From positions 26,474,001-26,538,000 of the forward strand of contig OX597824.1 in the NCBI GenBank assembly GCA_951406725.2: 64,000 nt of DNA, read 5' to 3'. The notes beneath the pieces are model-generated. The model worked only from the letters and a program-made list of their open reading frames with translations. It made no database searches and was not told where the DNA came from. The DNA comes from Octopus vulgaris (Eukaryota). Shown piece by piece: positions 1-13,638 of the stretch. Position numbers and translations under genes: made by a program. How positions within the stretch are numbered: position 1 is the first letter of the stretch; every line of letters starts with the position of its first letter.

Positions 1-13
1 GATACATACATAG

Positions 14-66
<53 letters not shown>

Positions 67-131
67 AATATTTATATTATTTATGTGGATAAGGTTAGTC
101 TAAGCGTAGTCAGAGGTAGGGTACCTGGCAC

Positions 132-385
132 TTAGTGTGTCTTTAAACGCTGATAGCCCTGAAGAAGTTGGCCAATCCGATCGGTGGAAGCTCCGCTTTG
201 ACTTTCTATAAAAGGGCTGGCAAGTGGGACGACGTTCTCTCGGAGATTTTGGATGTCGACGAAAGTCAAGTGACTGATCAGTTCCGGAGGACATTCGGGT
301 CGGGGCTCTTGGAAAATTTCCGAAAGATCTCTAGTCCGTCAGCGCTCCCAGCAGTCGTTGCTCCAGCATTGTCGCAGTGTAATGT
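132..385 (-). pseudogene. Candidate terminal coding exon (protein-kinase subdomain XI-like plus C-terminal tail), disrupted
   Basis: Only ~50% GC, non-repetitive island nearby. Minus strand reads ITLRQCWSNDCWER*RTRDLSEIFQEPRPECPPELISHLTFVDIQNLRENVVPLASPFIESQSGASTDRIGQLLQGYQRLKTH*. CW-x-x-D-x-x-x-R resembles kinase subdomain XI. A T-rich tract precedes it (386-420), but there is no canonical AG, and there is an in-frame TGA at 339-341. Confidence 0.3.
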
Positions 386-429
386 CAGAAATAAACCAAA
401 GAACAAATGTAAACGAATATCATTACTGA

Positions 430-543
430 TTTCAAATTGTGGTACAAGGCCAGCAATTTCAGGAGAGGGACCAAGTCGATTACATCAACCCCAGTGCACA
501 ACTGGTATTCATTTTATCGAGCTCGAAGGGTTGAAAGGCAAAA
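430..543 (-). mobile_element. SINE family B (Deu/Nin-domain-like) 3' fragment, tail type B
   Basis: Matches other copies: caaggccagcaatt...aagtcgattacatc(g/a)accccagtg...aactggta...gaaaggcaaa. Confidence 0.75.
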
Positions 544-662
544 TATGTCCGGCGCGGTAACGAATATCATTATTCAAAGAAAAAAAATTTCATTGACTAA
601 TATCATTTTTTTCATACAATATTTTTATGTATTGGTTACCAAATATCAAATACGTTAACGCG

Positions 663-840
<178 letters not shown>

Positions 841-1722
841 GTGTCTGTCTCTCTGTCTGTCCAGTTATCTATCTAGCTCTCCCTCTCAATTCATCCATCC
901 GTCAGTCTGTCTATTTGCCTGCCTCTGTATGAGTCTGTCTAACTGATTGTCTACATCACCACATATCTATTTCTGGTTAGCATTTCTTTGCAGGCTTCAT
1001 GCATAAAATATGTTAACACTAGCTTACCTACGTTTCATACAAGTTTACTACAAATTTATCTTTTCTATTGAATATTTTAAAAGCGATAACTTAAAAGTTT
1101 GTTTGAGATAATTTTATTTCATCCTGATGTTTTTCATTTCATTGAACCTGAGTGAAAAATTCCTTCTGAAAAATTAGTAAAATTGTGGTTAACTTTAAAG
1201 AAAATAAGACAAACAGACATACACACAAAACAAAAAAAAAAAAGAAACATAAAATAAAACGCAATTTTAAAGAAGACGTAACAAAAATATTCTCCATAAC
1301 TAACAACAACCACCCAAGACAATGAAAACAACCCCAAAAACAATAACAATAACAACTACACACAAAAAACTAAAATTATGTGATCTCTTGCATAATATCG
1401 TTTTTATGTGCATAAAATTTATAAACAAAATTGAATTAAAAACAACAAAAGCAATAACATAAAAAATACAACAACAATTAAATAAAAAAAACCTCTTCTA
1501 TTTTCTTTTAAGAATTCCCCCCTCCAATAGCTTCAATTACTTCCTCTTTTTAACCTTCAATAAGTTTTCCAATTTCGTTTCGTTTTAGTTTTACATATTA
1601 GGTTAAGCCGAAAAGAAACACAAGAAAAATTTGTATCTAATTAATTTTTTTCTTCTTGCCCTCACTACCTCTCTTTCCCTTTTCCTCTTTCTCTTTCTTT
1701 GTGAGCATATGTATGTTATATA

Positions 1723-1764
<42 letters not shown>

Positions 1765-1822
1765 CATACATATACATGTATGTATATATGTATATATGTA
1801 TATATATATATATATATACATG

Positions 1823-1881
<59 letters not shown>

Positions 1882-2222
1882 GTATATTTATATGTATATA
1901 TATATATATACTCACATATTCTTCTCCTTCTCAAGATATAATTATCTGATAGGGTTAAATTTCTAAATAGAAAAAGGCAAATTTTAATCGATGTTAAAAA
2001 TTGACAAAAAAAAATGAAAAAAAAAATACAAACAAGAAACAAACAAACAAACAAAATAAATAAATAAGTAAAAATATTAAAAATAATATTCTGCAAAAAA
2101 TAAAACAAAACAAAACAAGAAAATATACAGAAATAGAAAGACACATTCACGAAGAAAACAGCAGCAACAGCAACAACAACAACAACAGCAACAACAACAA
2201 CAACAGCAACAACAACAACAGC

Positions 2223-2254
<32 letters not shown>

Positions 2255-2511
2255 CCATAAAAAAAGGTTACAACTGCAGCAGCAACAATAACGACAACAA
2301 TAACAACAATAACAAGAAGAAAAGAAGATACAACAATAATTATTAACTAAATAAAAATGGCATAAAAATTAATTAGAAGAGTATTAATATATAGGTCTAA
2401 TTGAGACTTGAAAAGTTTTCAAATATTCGCAAAGTGATCAGATTTCAAGCATTTGTTTATTGGAATTTTTATAAAAAAAAAAGCAAGTATCTCTTTATAT
2501 ATATATGTATG

Positions 2512-2636
<125 letters not shown>

Positions 2637-2766
2637 ATCTACGTGTGTGTGTGTGTATACATGTACATAGTATATTATTTATATATGTTTGTGGTCGTAT
2701 ATATTATATACATATGCATATTCATATATCTGTATATGAATATACACGTATAACGCATATTTATAT

Positions 2767-2806
<40 letters not shown>

Positions 2807-2875
2807 CACACACAGGCACACACATGTATGCATATATTTATATAGATATGCACACATATATATGTATGTACAAAC

Positions 2876-2929
<54 letters not shown>

Positions 2930-3002
2930 ATATATATGCATATATGGTTATATTCTATATGTATATATGTATATGTATGTATGTATATATATGTATATGT
3001 GC

Positions 3003-3105
<103 letters not shown>

Positions 3106-4254
3106 CGTGTGTGTGTGTTTGTGTAGGCGTGTGTACAAGTGTACATTGTCCCGTATGCATGATGCAATAACTGTACTTGTGTATGTGTGTGAAATGTGTG
3201 CGTGTGTATGTGCACGTGTGTGTAAGGAGTTACTTTGCAGAAATAATGCGATGAAGAATTGCAAATGAACTGTTTGCAGTCCAACTAACAACTTGAAAGA
3301 CAAAGCAGGCGACAGCCTCTCTTCGCCAATTCCACCACACACCACCACCACCACCACCACTACCATCCCCATCAATCTCAATCATTATGCCATCACCACT
3401 ACCGGCACCATCACCATCGCCCTCACCCTCAACATCATCTCCGCTCCATCAACTACAATCACAACCACATCAGCCACCATGACCGCCACTATAACCACGT
3501 CCTTCACATCAACTATCACAACCATGGCGACTATGCTCCCCACTCCTAACCCGAGCCCAACTCTATCCTCATTGCAGTACCACATTAAACTACTACCGTC
3601 ATATTAATTCTTACATTAACCACTCAACTACCGTTGCAACTATTACTATCAGCATTACTACTAGCACCACAACTACCACGACCAACACCAACATCTTCAC
3701 TAAATACCTCCACAACAAATACAACAATCACATCAACCACAGTCACAGCTCTCATTCTAGACCCTCAGCCGTGCCACTATTAATACCCTACCTCCACCAA
3801 CACCCATATCACAATCACTCCTGTTACACAAGCTACGATCACATCACTCGCCCTTTTAACTTCAAGCCTTTATCTTTCACCCGCTTCATTTTGGTGTCGT
3901 CACGGCACCACTAAGTGCAGCGACGGTAAAGAAATCTATATAAACAAAACGGTGAATTAGAATGTAAAAATTTGTTGCTTAAAATGAAATGTCAATGGAT
4001 ATTAACAAAGTGTAGAAAAGTAAATGAGAAAAAAACAAAAAGGAATTGTTAAGAAAAAGAGAATTAAGAAAACAGAAACAAAAGTAAAAGGCGAGAAAAT
4101 GCTAAAAAAATAAATAAAAGATGGCGGTAAAAGGCGTTTAGGCGCGAAAAAATAGCGGCAAACATTAGTTGATGGTTGAAGACCACGTCATTCATGTGAA
4201 TCGTGGAAAGGAAAATTTCGAACAACGGCCAAGATAATAATAATAATAATAATG

Positions 4255-4336
<82 letters not shown>

Positions 4337-4711
4337 TAATAAGACGAAGAACAACAACAATAAGAATACTAACAACAACAACAATATTAATAATAATAAC
4401 GATAATTATAATGACGATGATGATGATGATGATAACAACATCAACATTAAAAAAGCCAAATAAAGAATGAAGAAAAAAAAAACATTGTATATGATTAAAG
4501 AGTGTTTTGTTTTATTCATCAGGGTGGATTGATTGAAGTGAGAACTAGAAGGAATGTGTGTGTGTGTGTGTGTGAGTGTTTGTGTGTGTGTGTTTGTATG
4601 TGTGTGTGTGTGTGTGTGTGAAGGTATCTGTTCGTATGTGTGTATTCGTGTATTTCTGTGTTCGTGTGAGTGTGAATATGTATGCGTGTATAACAGAGAG
4701 AACAAGAGAGG

Positions 4712-4751
<40 letters not shown>

Positions 4752-4876
4752 ATGAGAAAGTAAGAGAGAGAGAAAGAAAGTTAGTGAGAAACAACCGAAC
4801 TTACACAGAGAAGCTACGTATGGCTATATCTGTGTACATATGCATGTGCGTAAGTATGTATGTGTATGTATGCATG

Positions 4877-4926
<50 letters not shown>

Positions 4927-4996
4927 TTTCTCTGTAACACACACTCATCGACATATATATATATGTATATATATAACTATGTATATATATATATAT

Positions 4997-5392
4997 TCCT
5001 TTACTTGTTTCATTCATGTGACTGTGGCCATGCTGGAGTACCGCCCTTAGTCGAGCAAATCGACCCCACGACTTATTCTTTGTAAGCCTAGTACTTATTT
5101 TATCGGTCTCTCTAGCCGAATCGCTAAGTTACGGGGACGTAAACACACCAGCATCGGTTGTCAAGCGTTGTTGGGGATACAAACAGAGAGGCACAATCAT
5201 ATACACAACATACATATATATATATATATATATATACATATATACGACGGGCTTCTTTTAGTTTCCGTCTACCAAATCTACTCACAAGTCTTTGATCGGC
5301 CCGAGGCTATAGTAGAAGACACTTGTCCAAGGTACCACGCAGTGGGACTGAACCCGGAACCATGTGGTTGTTAAGCAAGCTACTTACAACAC
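4997..5392 (-). mobile_element. SINE family A (tRNA-like head, internal (TA)/(TG) microsatellite, (AAAAGAGT)-type tail), near full length
   Basis: Colinear with copies at 33384, 38682, 40835, 58455 and 61270; A/B-box-like head tgtggtaag...gggttcagtccc. Confidence 0.9.
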
Positions 5393-5394
5393 AT

Positions 5395-5445
<51 letters not shown>

Positions 5446-5779
5446 CATAGGCATATATATATATATATACATATGTATATACATAAATATTTACACACAC
5501 ACACATATATATGTATGTATGTTTGTATGTATAACTAGAGAGGTGGAAACCCATAGTTAGTGGTTAGGTGTTGCATTCATGATCATAAGATTGCGGTTTC
5601 GATTCCTGGACCGGGTGGTGTGTTGCGTTCTTGAACAAAACATATTATTTCACGTTGCTCCAGTCGACTCAACAGGCAAAAATAAATACTCCTGTGAGAG
5701 GTCGGAGTTCAGTTCACTGAAAGTGGGTAAATATATACGTCACAGAATCTGGGAAACCGGCATTATTAAACCTATGCAA

Positions 5780-5975
5780 GGCTGGCAGAATCGTTAGCCG
5801 GGCGAAATGCTTAGCTGCATTTAGGACGTTGCTACGTTGTGCGTTCAAATTCCGTCGAGGTCGACTTTGCCTTTTATCCTTTCCAGGTCGATAAATAAAG
5901 TACCAGTTGAGTATTGGGGTCGACGTAATCGACTACCCTCTCCCCCAAATTTCAGGTCTTGTGCCTATAGTTTTA
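5780..5975 (+). mobile_element. SINE family B, tail type B
   Basis: gctggcagaatcgttag...gttcaaattccgtcgaggtcgactttgccttttatcctttccaggtcgataaataaagtaccag; the central part resembles the Deu/Nin SINE domain. Confidence 0.85.
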
Positions 5976-6024
5976 AGGATTGTTAAACCTGTGCTTCAGG
6001 AAGGACCCCTGAATCTTGTGATAA

Positions 6025-6532
6025 TGAGAGAGAGAGAGAGGGGAGAGAGAGAGAGAGAAAGAAAGAGAGAGAGAGATAGAGATAAAGAAATAGAGAGGAG
6101 AATAATAGTGGGGAAGAAGGATAGTGAGAGGGAAAACACGACTGATAATGAGAAAAGTAGAGAGACGTATAGATAGACTGATAGAGAAGTAGGTAGAGAA
6201 ATGGAGAGATAGAGTGTGTATCTGTGAGTAAAATCCAAATATTTTGAAGGATATGAGAAAGAAAATAGGTGTGTGAATGAAAGGAAGGAGAATGAAAATG
6301 CTTCAATGATACGAGAGAAAGAAAGACAAAGAGAGAAGAGCGTTTGAGGTAAAGAAGAAACATGAATGAAATTGATGTTGTGAAAGAGCACTTTGAGGGA
6401 GAGATAGATAGAGAGAGAGAGGGAGAGAAAGAGTGTGTGTGTGTGTGGAGAAAGAAAAGAGATGCTAGGGTGTAGAGAAATAGATAGTGTGAAGAAAGGA
6501 GAGAATGAACGATACGATAGACAGAAATAAAG

Positions 6533-6570
<38 letters not shown>

Positions 6571-7054
6571 GGGAGAGAGAGGATGAGTGTGTAAGGAAAA
6601 AAAAACAAAATAGAACGAAACTGAAGGCATGAAAGAGAGTATTGAATAGAATAAGGGAGAGATAAGAAGGAGAAATCGAGAGAGAGAAAGAGTACAGCAC
6701 AAAGCAAAGTACAAGCTCGCAGGAGAGCCCAGCCATGACAGAGAGACATACACAGATAGTTAGAGAGAGAGATTGAGATAGATAGATAGATAGAGATAGA
6801 GATAGAGATAGAGAGATAGAGATAGATATAGATAGATAGAGAAGGGGATATGGATTGACAGAAAGAGTACATTAAGGTTGAGAGGAGAGAGTCTAGTGTG
6901 AAATGGTACAGCATGAGAAACAGAACACTGTCTGAGAGTAAGTACAACATGTGAGAGAGAGAGAGAGAGCGAGGGAGAGAGCGAGGGAGAGAGAGAGAAG
7001 GAGAGAGACAGAGATAGAGAGAAAGAAAGAGAGAGAGAAAGATAGACAGTACAG

Positions 7055-7099
<45 letters not shown>

Positions 7100-7787
7100 C
7101 AGTACATTGTGAGAGAGTATGACATGAGTAAGAAAGTACATTCGAGAGGGAATGAGTACAGCGTTAAAGAATACGATTTGAGAGTAGGACAAGGGAGAGA
7201 ATAGAAAGACAGAGGTGAGCATAAGAGAAGAAAGTACATTATGAGAGGGGTGTAGCGAGAGAGACTACATTATGAGAGAGGAAGAAAGAGAGAGAAAGTA
7301 GAGAGAGAGGGAGAAACTACATTATGAGAGAGGGAGAGAAAGAGGAGAGAGAGATGGAGAGAGGGGGAGAGAGAGACTACATTATGAGAGATGAAGAGAG
7401 AGAGAGATGGAGAGAAGGGGAGAGAGAGACTACAGTATGAGAGAGGAAGAAAGAGAGAGAAAGTAGAGAGAGTGGGAAAGACTACATTATGAGAGAGGGA
7501 GAGAAAGAGGAGAGAGAGATGGAGAGAGGGGGAGAGAGAGACTACATTATGAGAGATGAAGAGAGAGGGAGAGATGGAGAGAGAGGGAGAGTGTACCATG
7601 GAGGAAGGAAGAACTGAGAGGCTGACATGAGAGAAAGAAAGATAGCTTACTATGAGAGAGAGAGAGAGAGAGTACATGAGGAAGTACAGGATAATGAGAG
7701 ATGAAGAGATGTATTGAGAGAGGGAGGGATAGAAAGAAAGGCAGAGGGAAAGAGGGAGACAGAGTGTGTGCGTGTGTGTTTATGTGT

Positions 7788-7833
<46 letters not shown>

Positions 7834-8107
7834 AAGTATTCAAAAGAAATTAGAAGCTTGTTGAGAGAGTAAGATGGAGGATTCTCAGTGTAAGATAATG
7901 GTTAATCTGGTGGAAAATATAAATATAACACCGAGAAAGAGGGTTAAATTGAGAGGGAGAGAGATGGAGAGAGAGAGAGAGGGAGAGAGAGAGAAAGAGA
8001 AAGAGAGGGAAACAGAAAGTGATGTAAAGGATAAAGTGTGTGTATGTGTATAAAACGAGGCAAAAAGAGAAAGAAGAACGAAGAACAGGAAGTGAGAGGA
8101 AGTGTGT

Positions 8108-8141
<34 letters not shown>

Positions 8142-8167
8142 AGAAAGAGAAAGAGAGAGAGAGAGAA

Positions 8168-8198
<31 letters not shown>

Positions 8199-8235
8199 CC
8201 TGAAAGATTTTCATATGGAAGTGAGAAGGAGGTTT
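6025..8235. repeat. Polypurine (GA-rich) low-complexity tract with an internal ~170-bp duplicated unit (7255-7590) punctuated by ACTACATTATGAGAG
   Basis: Plus strand is almost all A/G; actacattatgagag recurs 5 times, plus variants. Confidence 0.9.
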
Positions 8236-8642
8236 AATCGGGAGTAGACACATACAAAAGACACACGCAGGCACACACACATATATATGGACATACATAT
8301 ACATACCTACCTACATACATACATTGATATATACATACACACACACACTCACACACTCTATCTCTCCCCCTCTCTCCCTCACGTATGTATATATTACGTA
8401 TACATACGCACATATATCTGCACACAAGTTTATACATATATATTCGTGTATGCATACACACACACACACATATACACATGTATATATACATACATATGCA
8501 TATATATATATATATATATACATATGTATGTATATATATATACGTATGCATGTATGCATACACGAATATATATATATAGATAGATATTGATATATATATA
8601 TATACATATACATATACACACATATATATACATATATACATA

Positions 8643-8692
<50 letters not shown>

Positions 8693-9130
8693 CACCCACA
8701 CGCACACGCACACGCACACGTATACATATACGAAGTAAGGAGGAAGTTAAGGCGAAGAAGCGCACAAGAATGGTTATGAGTGAAAGTGGATGTTCACAGT
8801 TAGTGATTTGTGCTTAAACGGACAGCGTTGTATGCCATAATGTCTTCATTTCACGGTGATTTGAATTTCTCTTCTCTGATGTTCTGTATCTAATTAAAAT
8901 GAATAGAAAATAATGATAATGAGGTAAGAAAATTGCTCGGTGAGAAAATAGAAACGGAACGCTAGTAGTGTAGATGTTTTGGGTGGGTGGGTGGTGTGGT
9001 GGTGTGTGTGTGTGTGTGTGTGTGTGTACCTGTGTCTGTGTGTGTTTGTAGTGGTGTTAGCTGTAGTACTGTTGTTGGTAGTGGTGATGCTGCTGTTAGT
9101 GGTGAGCGAAGTTAGAATTGACTTGGTGAT

Positions 9131-9185
<55 letters not shown>

Positions 9186-9301
9186 ATATATATATATATC
9201 CATATATATATATATCCATATATATATATATATATATATATCTCCATATATATACATATATATTCATATCTATATATATAAACATATTTATATATATACA
9301 T

Positions 9302-9385
<84 letters not shown>

Positions 9386-10283
9386 CATATATACGTATAT
9401 ACGTATATATATATATATACAATATATATATATATACACATACATATATATATGCATATATGTCATATATATATATATATATATATATATACTCATATAT
9501 GCCTACATATATATATGTGTATATAATTTATATTTATGTATATATACATATTTGTATATTCATATACATGTGTGAGTTTGTAGGTATATACTTTTATATA
9601 TATATATACATATATGTATATTTGTTTGTATATGTGTGTGTGTGTGTGCGTGTGTATGTATGTATGTATGTATGTATGTATGTTTGTATGTATGCATATG
9701 TAATATGGCGTAATTTTGGTGAAGGAACTGGGCTGATAGTTTGCGGAGTACACGAAGAATGAGTAAATAGGATAAATAAATATATATAAGGAAATTAAAA
9801 AAAATGAACCTAATAAAGAAAAAAATTAGCTAAAATATTCAAACAAAAACACCATAAGTGATGCAAGATGGCGGGGTGGGTGGTATAAGAATGGAATTAA
9901 TGCTTATTATTAAGAAATTAATAAAGTAGAGAGAGTAAATTGGGTTTGATTTTTTTTTTTTTTTTTTTGCTTTTATTTCCAAGTTACGTTGAAGAATTTT
10001 GCAATGCTAGAACGCTCTGTATATATAAATATTATTAATATTTAATATCAACAGAAATGGATTCTCTATTGTAAGTACGGTAGATTAACGCCGAAATCGT
10101 TTCTCTTAATTGCTGAATTTTGCATTGGGCTTGCACAGCGATAACGGACGGGTGGTTTGGAGGACGACAAAATGTCCGTAACGGGGGGATGTGGTTGAAC
10201 TGCTGCTAAAGGAAGCAACGCGGGTTCGTATTTTTGTCACATGTCAGCAGACAGTATCCCCTCACCCACCCGCCCCCATCCCT

Positions 10284-10388
10284 TACAAAGTGTCCTTGAT
10301 CAGTGATCTGGAATGTACGAAGTGTCCGTGGTCAATCACCTGGAAGGTACGAACTGTCCGCAATGAAGGCAATTTCGCTCTGGAACGG
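10284..10388. repeat. Degenerate 32-bp tandem repeat, 3 copies (TACGAAGTGTCC...CTGGAA)
   Basis: tacaaagtgtcc at 10284, tacgaagtgtcc at 10316, tacgaactgtcc at 10348, each followed later by ctggaa. Confidence 0.7.
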
Positions 10389-10642
10389 TTGTTGGTTGTT
10401 TGTTGTTTCGAGGAAGAGGGAAAACGTGGTAGAAGTTAAGGAAATAGGAAAAAAAAATATAGAGACTGAAGGATTTTGAATGAAGGAAATGGAGAGAGGC
10501 CCAATGGAACAAATGTGTGTATATGAAAGTGTGTAGGTATGTATATGTGTGTGCGCATGCGCATGTATGTGTATGTGTGTGACAACGGAGAGAGAAGACA
10601 GCGGTGTGATTATTGTTTTGATGATGATAATGATGGTGTTGG

Positions 10643-10707
<65 letters not shown>

Positions 10708-11552
10708 GTGATGCTGGAAGTCATGATGACGAATATGCTGCTGATGATGAAGATGATAATGACGATGGGAATGATGATGATGTTGTTGCTGATGAGGAGG
10801 ATGATGATGATAATGATGATGAGGATGAGGATGATGATACTGAAAAGATTGTTTCAATGATTGTTGCAGCTGTTCATTGTTGTTTAACAGCACTGATCCA
10901 CTATAAAGGAAGTCTTTCCAACCGTGACCATCTGATCGTTTCCTATATCAGTGGAGATACAATTAATTGATCAATATGTCCCTCCTTAATTTGTCAAGAG
11001 TAAGTGATTCGGTTGCTCTTTCTAGCATACTGGACACCCAAAATAACGCTCCTTAATTGGGTTGTGGTGATTGATCAAGGTGGTTGGTGTGATGGTTATG
11101 TGATGCTTAGTACTCAGTTGTCTCCCCTACATTATACACATCAAAGACAAGAACAACCTTAAAAGAACATTATCTCCAGAGCCGACTATATGATTACATG
11201 ATATGTTAACCTTGTGAAGTGATGGTTGCATCCAAGGAAGTACTGGTTTAATACCTAGTATTTGGGGGAATGAAATTCCCTTAAAACAATGGGTATAAAA
11301 TGAGCATATAGTTTATACCCAGTTAAAAGAGTCTGCTGAAATGAATTGATAGGTCCACATATAACATCTCAGGGTACATCTTTTTTATTCGCTGCTGAAA
11401 TTATACTCATGTCACATAAATGTAAATTTAATGTACACATTTGTAATTAAATTATTGAGTATTAATTGAAACGGCTGTAAGAAGTGAAGCTAAGCAATGT
11501 GTTTATAATATATAATTGTTAACTTCCTTATCTTCATTTATATTTCATATTT

Positions 11553-11595
<43 letters not shown>

Positions 11596-11630
11596 GCAAA
11601 TGTAATATTTGACAATTATTCGGTAGCCAT

Positions 11631-11692
11631 GATAAAACTTCGAGTTTCGGATGCCGAGGGAAAAATCCACGCCGCCATCTCTTCAGTTATCC
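11631..11692 (-). ncRNA. Minimal type I hammerhead ribozyme in the inverted pLTR
   Basis: Minus strand: GATAA CTGAAGA gatg...catcc GAAA CTCGAAG TT TTATC; stem I GATAA/TTATC, both core boxes intact. Confidence 0.7.
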
Positions 11693-11797
11693 AGCCATCG
11701 GGCCTTACAGAGGGTAATTTCAAGGCCATGTTCAATAATCACACCTTGAGCTCCAGGCACTGGGATAAAAAGAAAACTACCAAATTATCCAGTCATA

Positions 11798-13068
11798 CGA
11801 GGGGCGTTCAATATGTATTGCCTCTGACCCACTTGCATGTACAATTATTGATATCTCTATAGATTAAGTGGCAAATTACAGCTCCGAACTAATTGTGGTT
11901 TCTGATTTACAGGTGTTTGAAATGAGTAATGAGTCAAGTGGGAAATGGAGCATGTTGAGTGTCGAGCAGTGATCCGGTTTTTGTATTTGAAATGACGCAC
12001 ACCACAGGAGACTTTTAATAAAATGAAAGTAACTTATGGTGATGATGCCCCATCATATGACCCTGTAAAACGCTGGCATCGTGAATTCAAACATGGTCGG
12101 AACTCTGTGAAAACAGCTCCCAGATCTGGTCGCACCCCTTCTGCCATTGAGGAGGCATCTGTCCGTCAAGTTGATCTGCCATTTTGGAAGATCGACGCAT
12201 AACTATTCGCCAAATAGCCCATGAGGTCAAGATTAGTACCGGGTCTGTGGAAACTATCATTCATGACCATTTGCATATGCAAAAGGTGTCTGCCAGATGG
12301 ATTTCCAGGTTGCTCACACTTTTCCAGAAGCAAGAACGCAAGAATTTCAGAAGCAAGATTTTAGGGATGTGCCAAGAAGATGAGTCAAAATTTTTCAAAA
12401 GACTGATTACACAGGATGAGACCTGGGTCCATCACTATGATCCAGAGACCAAAGCCCAGTCAATGCAGTGGAAGCACCATGACTCACCTCCTCCAAAGAA
12501 GGCAAGGGTGCAGCCCTCCGCTGGCAAGGTCATGCTCACAGTCTTCTGGGACCAGGACGGAGTAGTGATGACAGATTTCCTGGCAAAGGGTACCACAATT
12601 ACAGGAGCCTATCATGTTTCACTTTTGAGGAAATTAAGAGAAGCTATCGAAACCAAGAGGCGGGGCAAGATCAGCAAAGGCATCCTCCTCCTGCAGGACA
12701 ACGCTCCGGTCCACAACTCGCGTGTCGCCAGATCAGAAGCACAGGCGTGCGGCTATGAACTCTTCCCCCATCCCCCTACTCTCCTGACCTTGCACCCTCT
12801 GATTTTCACCTCTTCCCAGCCATGAAGTTGTTTTTGAAAGGAAAGCGTTTCCCAGATGATGCAGCCTTGATTTCTGAAGTCACGTCGTGGTTGGAGGACC
12901 AAGCTGGGGTCTTCTACGAAAACGGTCTCCAGAACTGCATCAAACGATGGGAGAAATGCGTACCTCTGGGTTGTTTCTATGTAGAAAAAGACTAATACCT
13001 GTGCCAAGTTTCGTTGCTCTACTGCTATGGGAAGTGGGTCAGGGGCATTACTTATTGAACGCCCCTCG
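11798..13068 (+). mobile_element. Full-length mariner transposon (irritans/Himar1-like), 1271 bp
   Basis: TIRs CGAGGGGCGTTCAATAtGTAtTGCCtCTGACCCACTT / AAGTGGGTCAGGGGCATTACTTATTGAACGCCCCTCG; TA duplication at 11796-97 and 13069-70. Confidence 0.97.
11945..12995 (+). pseudogene. Mariner DD34D transposase, inactivated
   Basis: MEHVECRAVIRFLYLK*..., KVSARWISRLLT, TQDETW, SAGKVMLTVFWD, LQDNA, YSPDLAPSDFHLF (after a frameshift); early stop and frameshifts. Confidence 0.95.
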
Positions 13069-13443
13069 TATATGGTCATTTAAAGATAAAGGTGTCAGTT
13101 ACAGCATCCATTGGAAGATCTTAGCCAAGTGTAAGCCCTACACCAACGGCAGTGGAAAGTGCGGTCTATGTGATATGGAAAGATGGCTCATCTGGAAAAG
13201 CAGCTTAGACTCCGTTACATGTCTGAATTCTAGAACTGAACTTTTCGGATCATGCCCATATGTGGCCAAATATTTGTTACGTTTTTGGTCCCCCCGAGAT
13301 TACAGATAAAACTTACTTTCTGTATTGTGTCCACGTACAAGCTTTTTATACCTTTATACCTTTTACTTATATTTCTTATATATTTTTATTTATATTTTTT
13401 ATACATATATTTTTTACATATTTATAGAGATGTTCGATGGCCG

Positions 13444-13504
13444 GATAACTGAAGAGGTGGTGTCGTGGATTTCCACCTCGGCATCCAAAACTCGGAGTTT
13501 TATC
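13444..13504 (+). ncRNA. Hammerhead ribozyme motif in the 3' pLTR, core mutated (GAAA to AAAA)
   Basis: GATAA CTGAAGA ggtgg...ggcatcc AAAA CTC G GAG TT TTATC. Confidence 0.6.
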
Positions 13505-13607
13505 ATGATTACCGAATAATTGTCACATATTACATTTACAGATAAATTTCTCTATTTACATAATATCGAGGTCCCTTTCATTCTTTTGTTGTCTTACCAT
13601 TTTTATC

Positions 13608-13638
<31 letters not shown>

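Larger units (their letters stand above)
11701..13309 (+). pseudogene. PLE GIY-YIG endonuclease C-terminal half, split into 11701-11797 and 13071-13309
   Basis: Removing the mariner and one TA restores one frame: GLTEGNFKAMFNNHTLSSRHWDKKKTTKLSSHIWSFKDKGVSYSIHWKILAKCKPYTNGSGKCGLCDMERWLIWKSSLDSVTCLNSRTELFGSCPYVAKYLLRFWSPRDYR*; CxxC..E and LNxRxE motifs of PLE endonucleases. Confidence 0.88.
11591..13610 (+). mobile_element. 5'-truncated Penelope-like retroelement (inverted pLTR - GIY-YIG C-terminus - pLTR - tail) inserted in (TA)n and interrupted by a mariner
   Basis: 11591-11700 is the reverse complement of 13435-13544; GIY-YIG-type coding sequence lies between; unique tail 13545-13610; (TA)n on both sides. 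Confidence 0.88.

Noticed and set aside
168-560. 130-aa plus-strand ORF
   Set aside because: Non-ATG start, stop just upstream, runs into a SINE; probably the antisense shadow of the minus-strand candidate, though not excluded
10284-10388. CRISPR-like repeat-spacer pattern
   Set aside because: Eukaryotic context, three degenerate units, spacers related to each other, no cas genes
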